This document shows positions 63,207 to 64,000 of a stretch of DNA of 64,000 nt, in pieces. Each line of letters begins with the position of its first letter. Within the stretch, counting starts at the first letter, position 1. The notes below the pieces were generated by a model that ran no database searches, had not been told where the DNA came from, and was given only the letters and a program-made list of their open reading frames with translations. Source of the DNA: Pseudogymnoascus verrucosus (lineage: Eukaryota); assembly GCA_001662655.1 (NCBI GenBank), contig KV460209.1; one strand, 5' to 3'. The position numbers were made by a program, and so were the translations under genes.

Positions 63207-64000
63207 ATGGAAAACTCCACCCCCCCCGCCATCCCCTCCTTCCACTCCACCCTCCTCTCCCTCCCCTCCTCCCTCCACAACAGCTACTCCCACCGCCTCC
63301 CCGCCCTCACCTACCTCTCCCCCCTCCTCCGCCCCTACATCTACGTCCCCCTCCTCGTCACCGCCTACATCCTCTACTACCGCTACCTGACCGGGCTCTC
63401 CCACATCCCCGGGCCCTTCTCTGGCACCTTCAGCAACTTCTGGAAAATCAGCGCAGCATGGCACGAAGAGATGCCCAAACGAAACATCGCCGCGCACCGC
63501 AAGTACGGCCCACTTGTCCGCGTGGGTGCGAATATGATTAGCGTCGACGACCCGGCGGCGATGTCAACTATCTATGGGTTTAAGCCGATTTACTCGAAGA
63601 CGGCATTTTACCCTATTGTCGAGGCGTTGTATAAAGGCAAGCTTCTCGCGAATCTGTTTACCACGCGCTCGGAACAGTATCATGCACGCCTAAAGCGCGC
63701 GTCGGTGACGGCATACTCGATGACTGCACTCGCAGATCTCGAGCCGCACGTGCAGCCCGTGATCGACCTTTTCCTGAAACGCATCGATGAGGTTGGTGCT
63801 GGTGGAACCAAGGCCTTCGATATTGGGTCTTGGCTGCAGTTTTTCACCTTTGATGCGCTAGGAGAGATCAACTTCTCTGAGCAGCTTGGATTCCTGGAGA
63901 CGGGCACCGATGTGGGGAAGAGTATTGGCACGATTGATGGGCTATTGGCATATTTGTCGGTTGTGGGGCAGGCTCCATGGATGCATCGCTTTTTGCTGGG
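63207..64000 (+). CDS. Cytochrome P450 (pisatin demethylase-like), 5' part; runs off window end
   Basis: N-terminal TM segment, IPGPF, HRKYGPLVRVGANMISVDDP, IYG...KTAFY, WLQFFTFDALGEINFS...GFLETGTD. Confidence 0.9.
   Translation, partial: MENSTPPAIPSFHSTLLSLPSSLHNSYSHRLPALTYLSPLLRPYIYVPLLVTAYILYYRYLTGLSHIPGPFSGTFSNFWKISAAWHEEMPKRNIAAHRKYGPLVRVGANMISVDDPAAMSTIYGFKPIYSKTAFYPIVEALYKGKLLANLFTTRSEQYHARLKRASVTAYSMTALADLEPHVQPVIDLFLKRIDEVGAGGTKAFDIGSWLQFFTFDALGEINFSEQLGFLETGTDVGKSIGTIDGLLAYLSVVGQAPWMHRFLL

Overview
Intron-rich genomic DNA of a filamentous ascomycete (GT/GC-AG introns with CTAAC/CTGAC branch points). About 20 intact protein genes. From left to right: mitochondrial malate dehydrogenase (partial), a JEN1 carboxylate transporter, a decayed 5.5-9 kb stretch with pseudogene fragments, phospholipase D, HET-C2/GLTP, a frameshifted F-box-like/ankyrin gene and a METTL16-like methyltransferase. 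An ~11.5 kb gene-free region then leads into the developmental regulator medA, followed by GlnRS, a macro-domain protein, a crotonase-SKL/NMO-SKL/ALDH trio, CEF1, overlapping GILT-like and DCS1 genes and a small orphan gene. The right end holds a secondary-metabolite cluster (bimodular SidE-like NRPS, Etr1-type enoyl reductase, AhpD/CMD-like protein, P450) that runs off the window. The best leads are the NRPS cluster, whose first A domain lacks the amino-binding Asp; a probable GUG-initiated N-terminal extension of MedA; and the putative FarA-regulated peroxisomal trio. No tRNA, rRNA, CRISPR or intact transposon was recognised. All family assignments come from reading motifs by eye; no database search was run.
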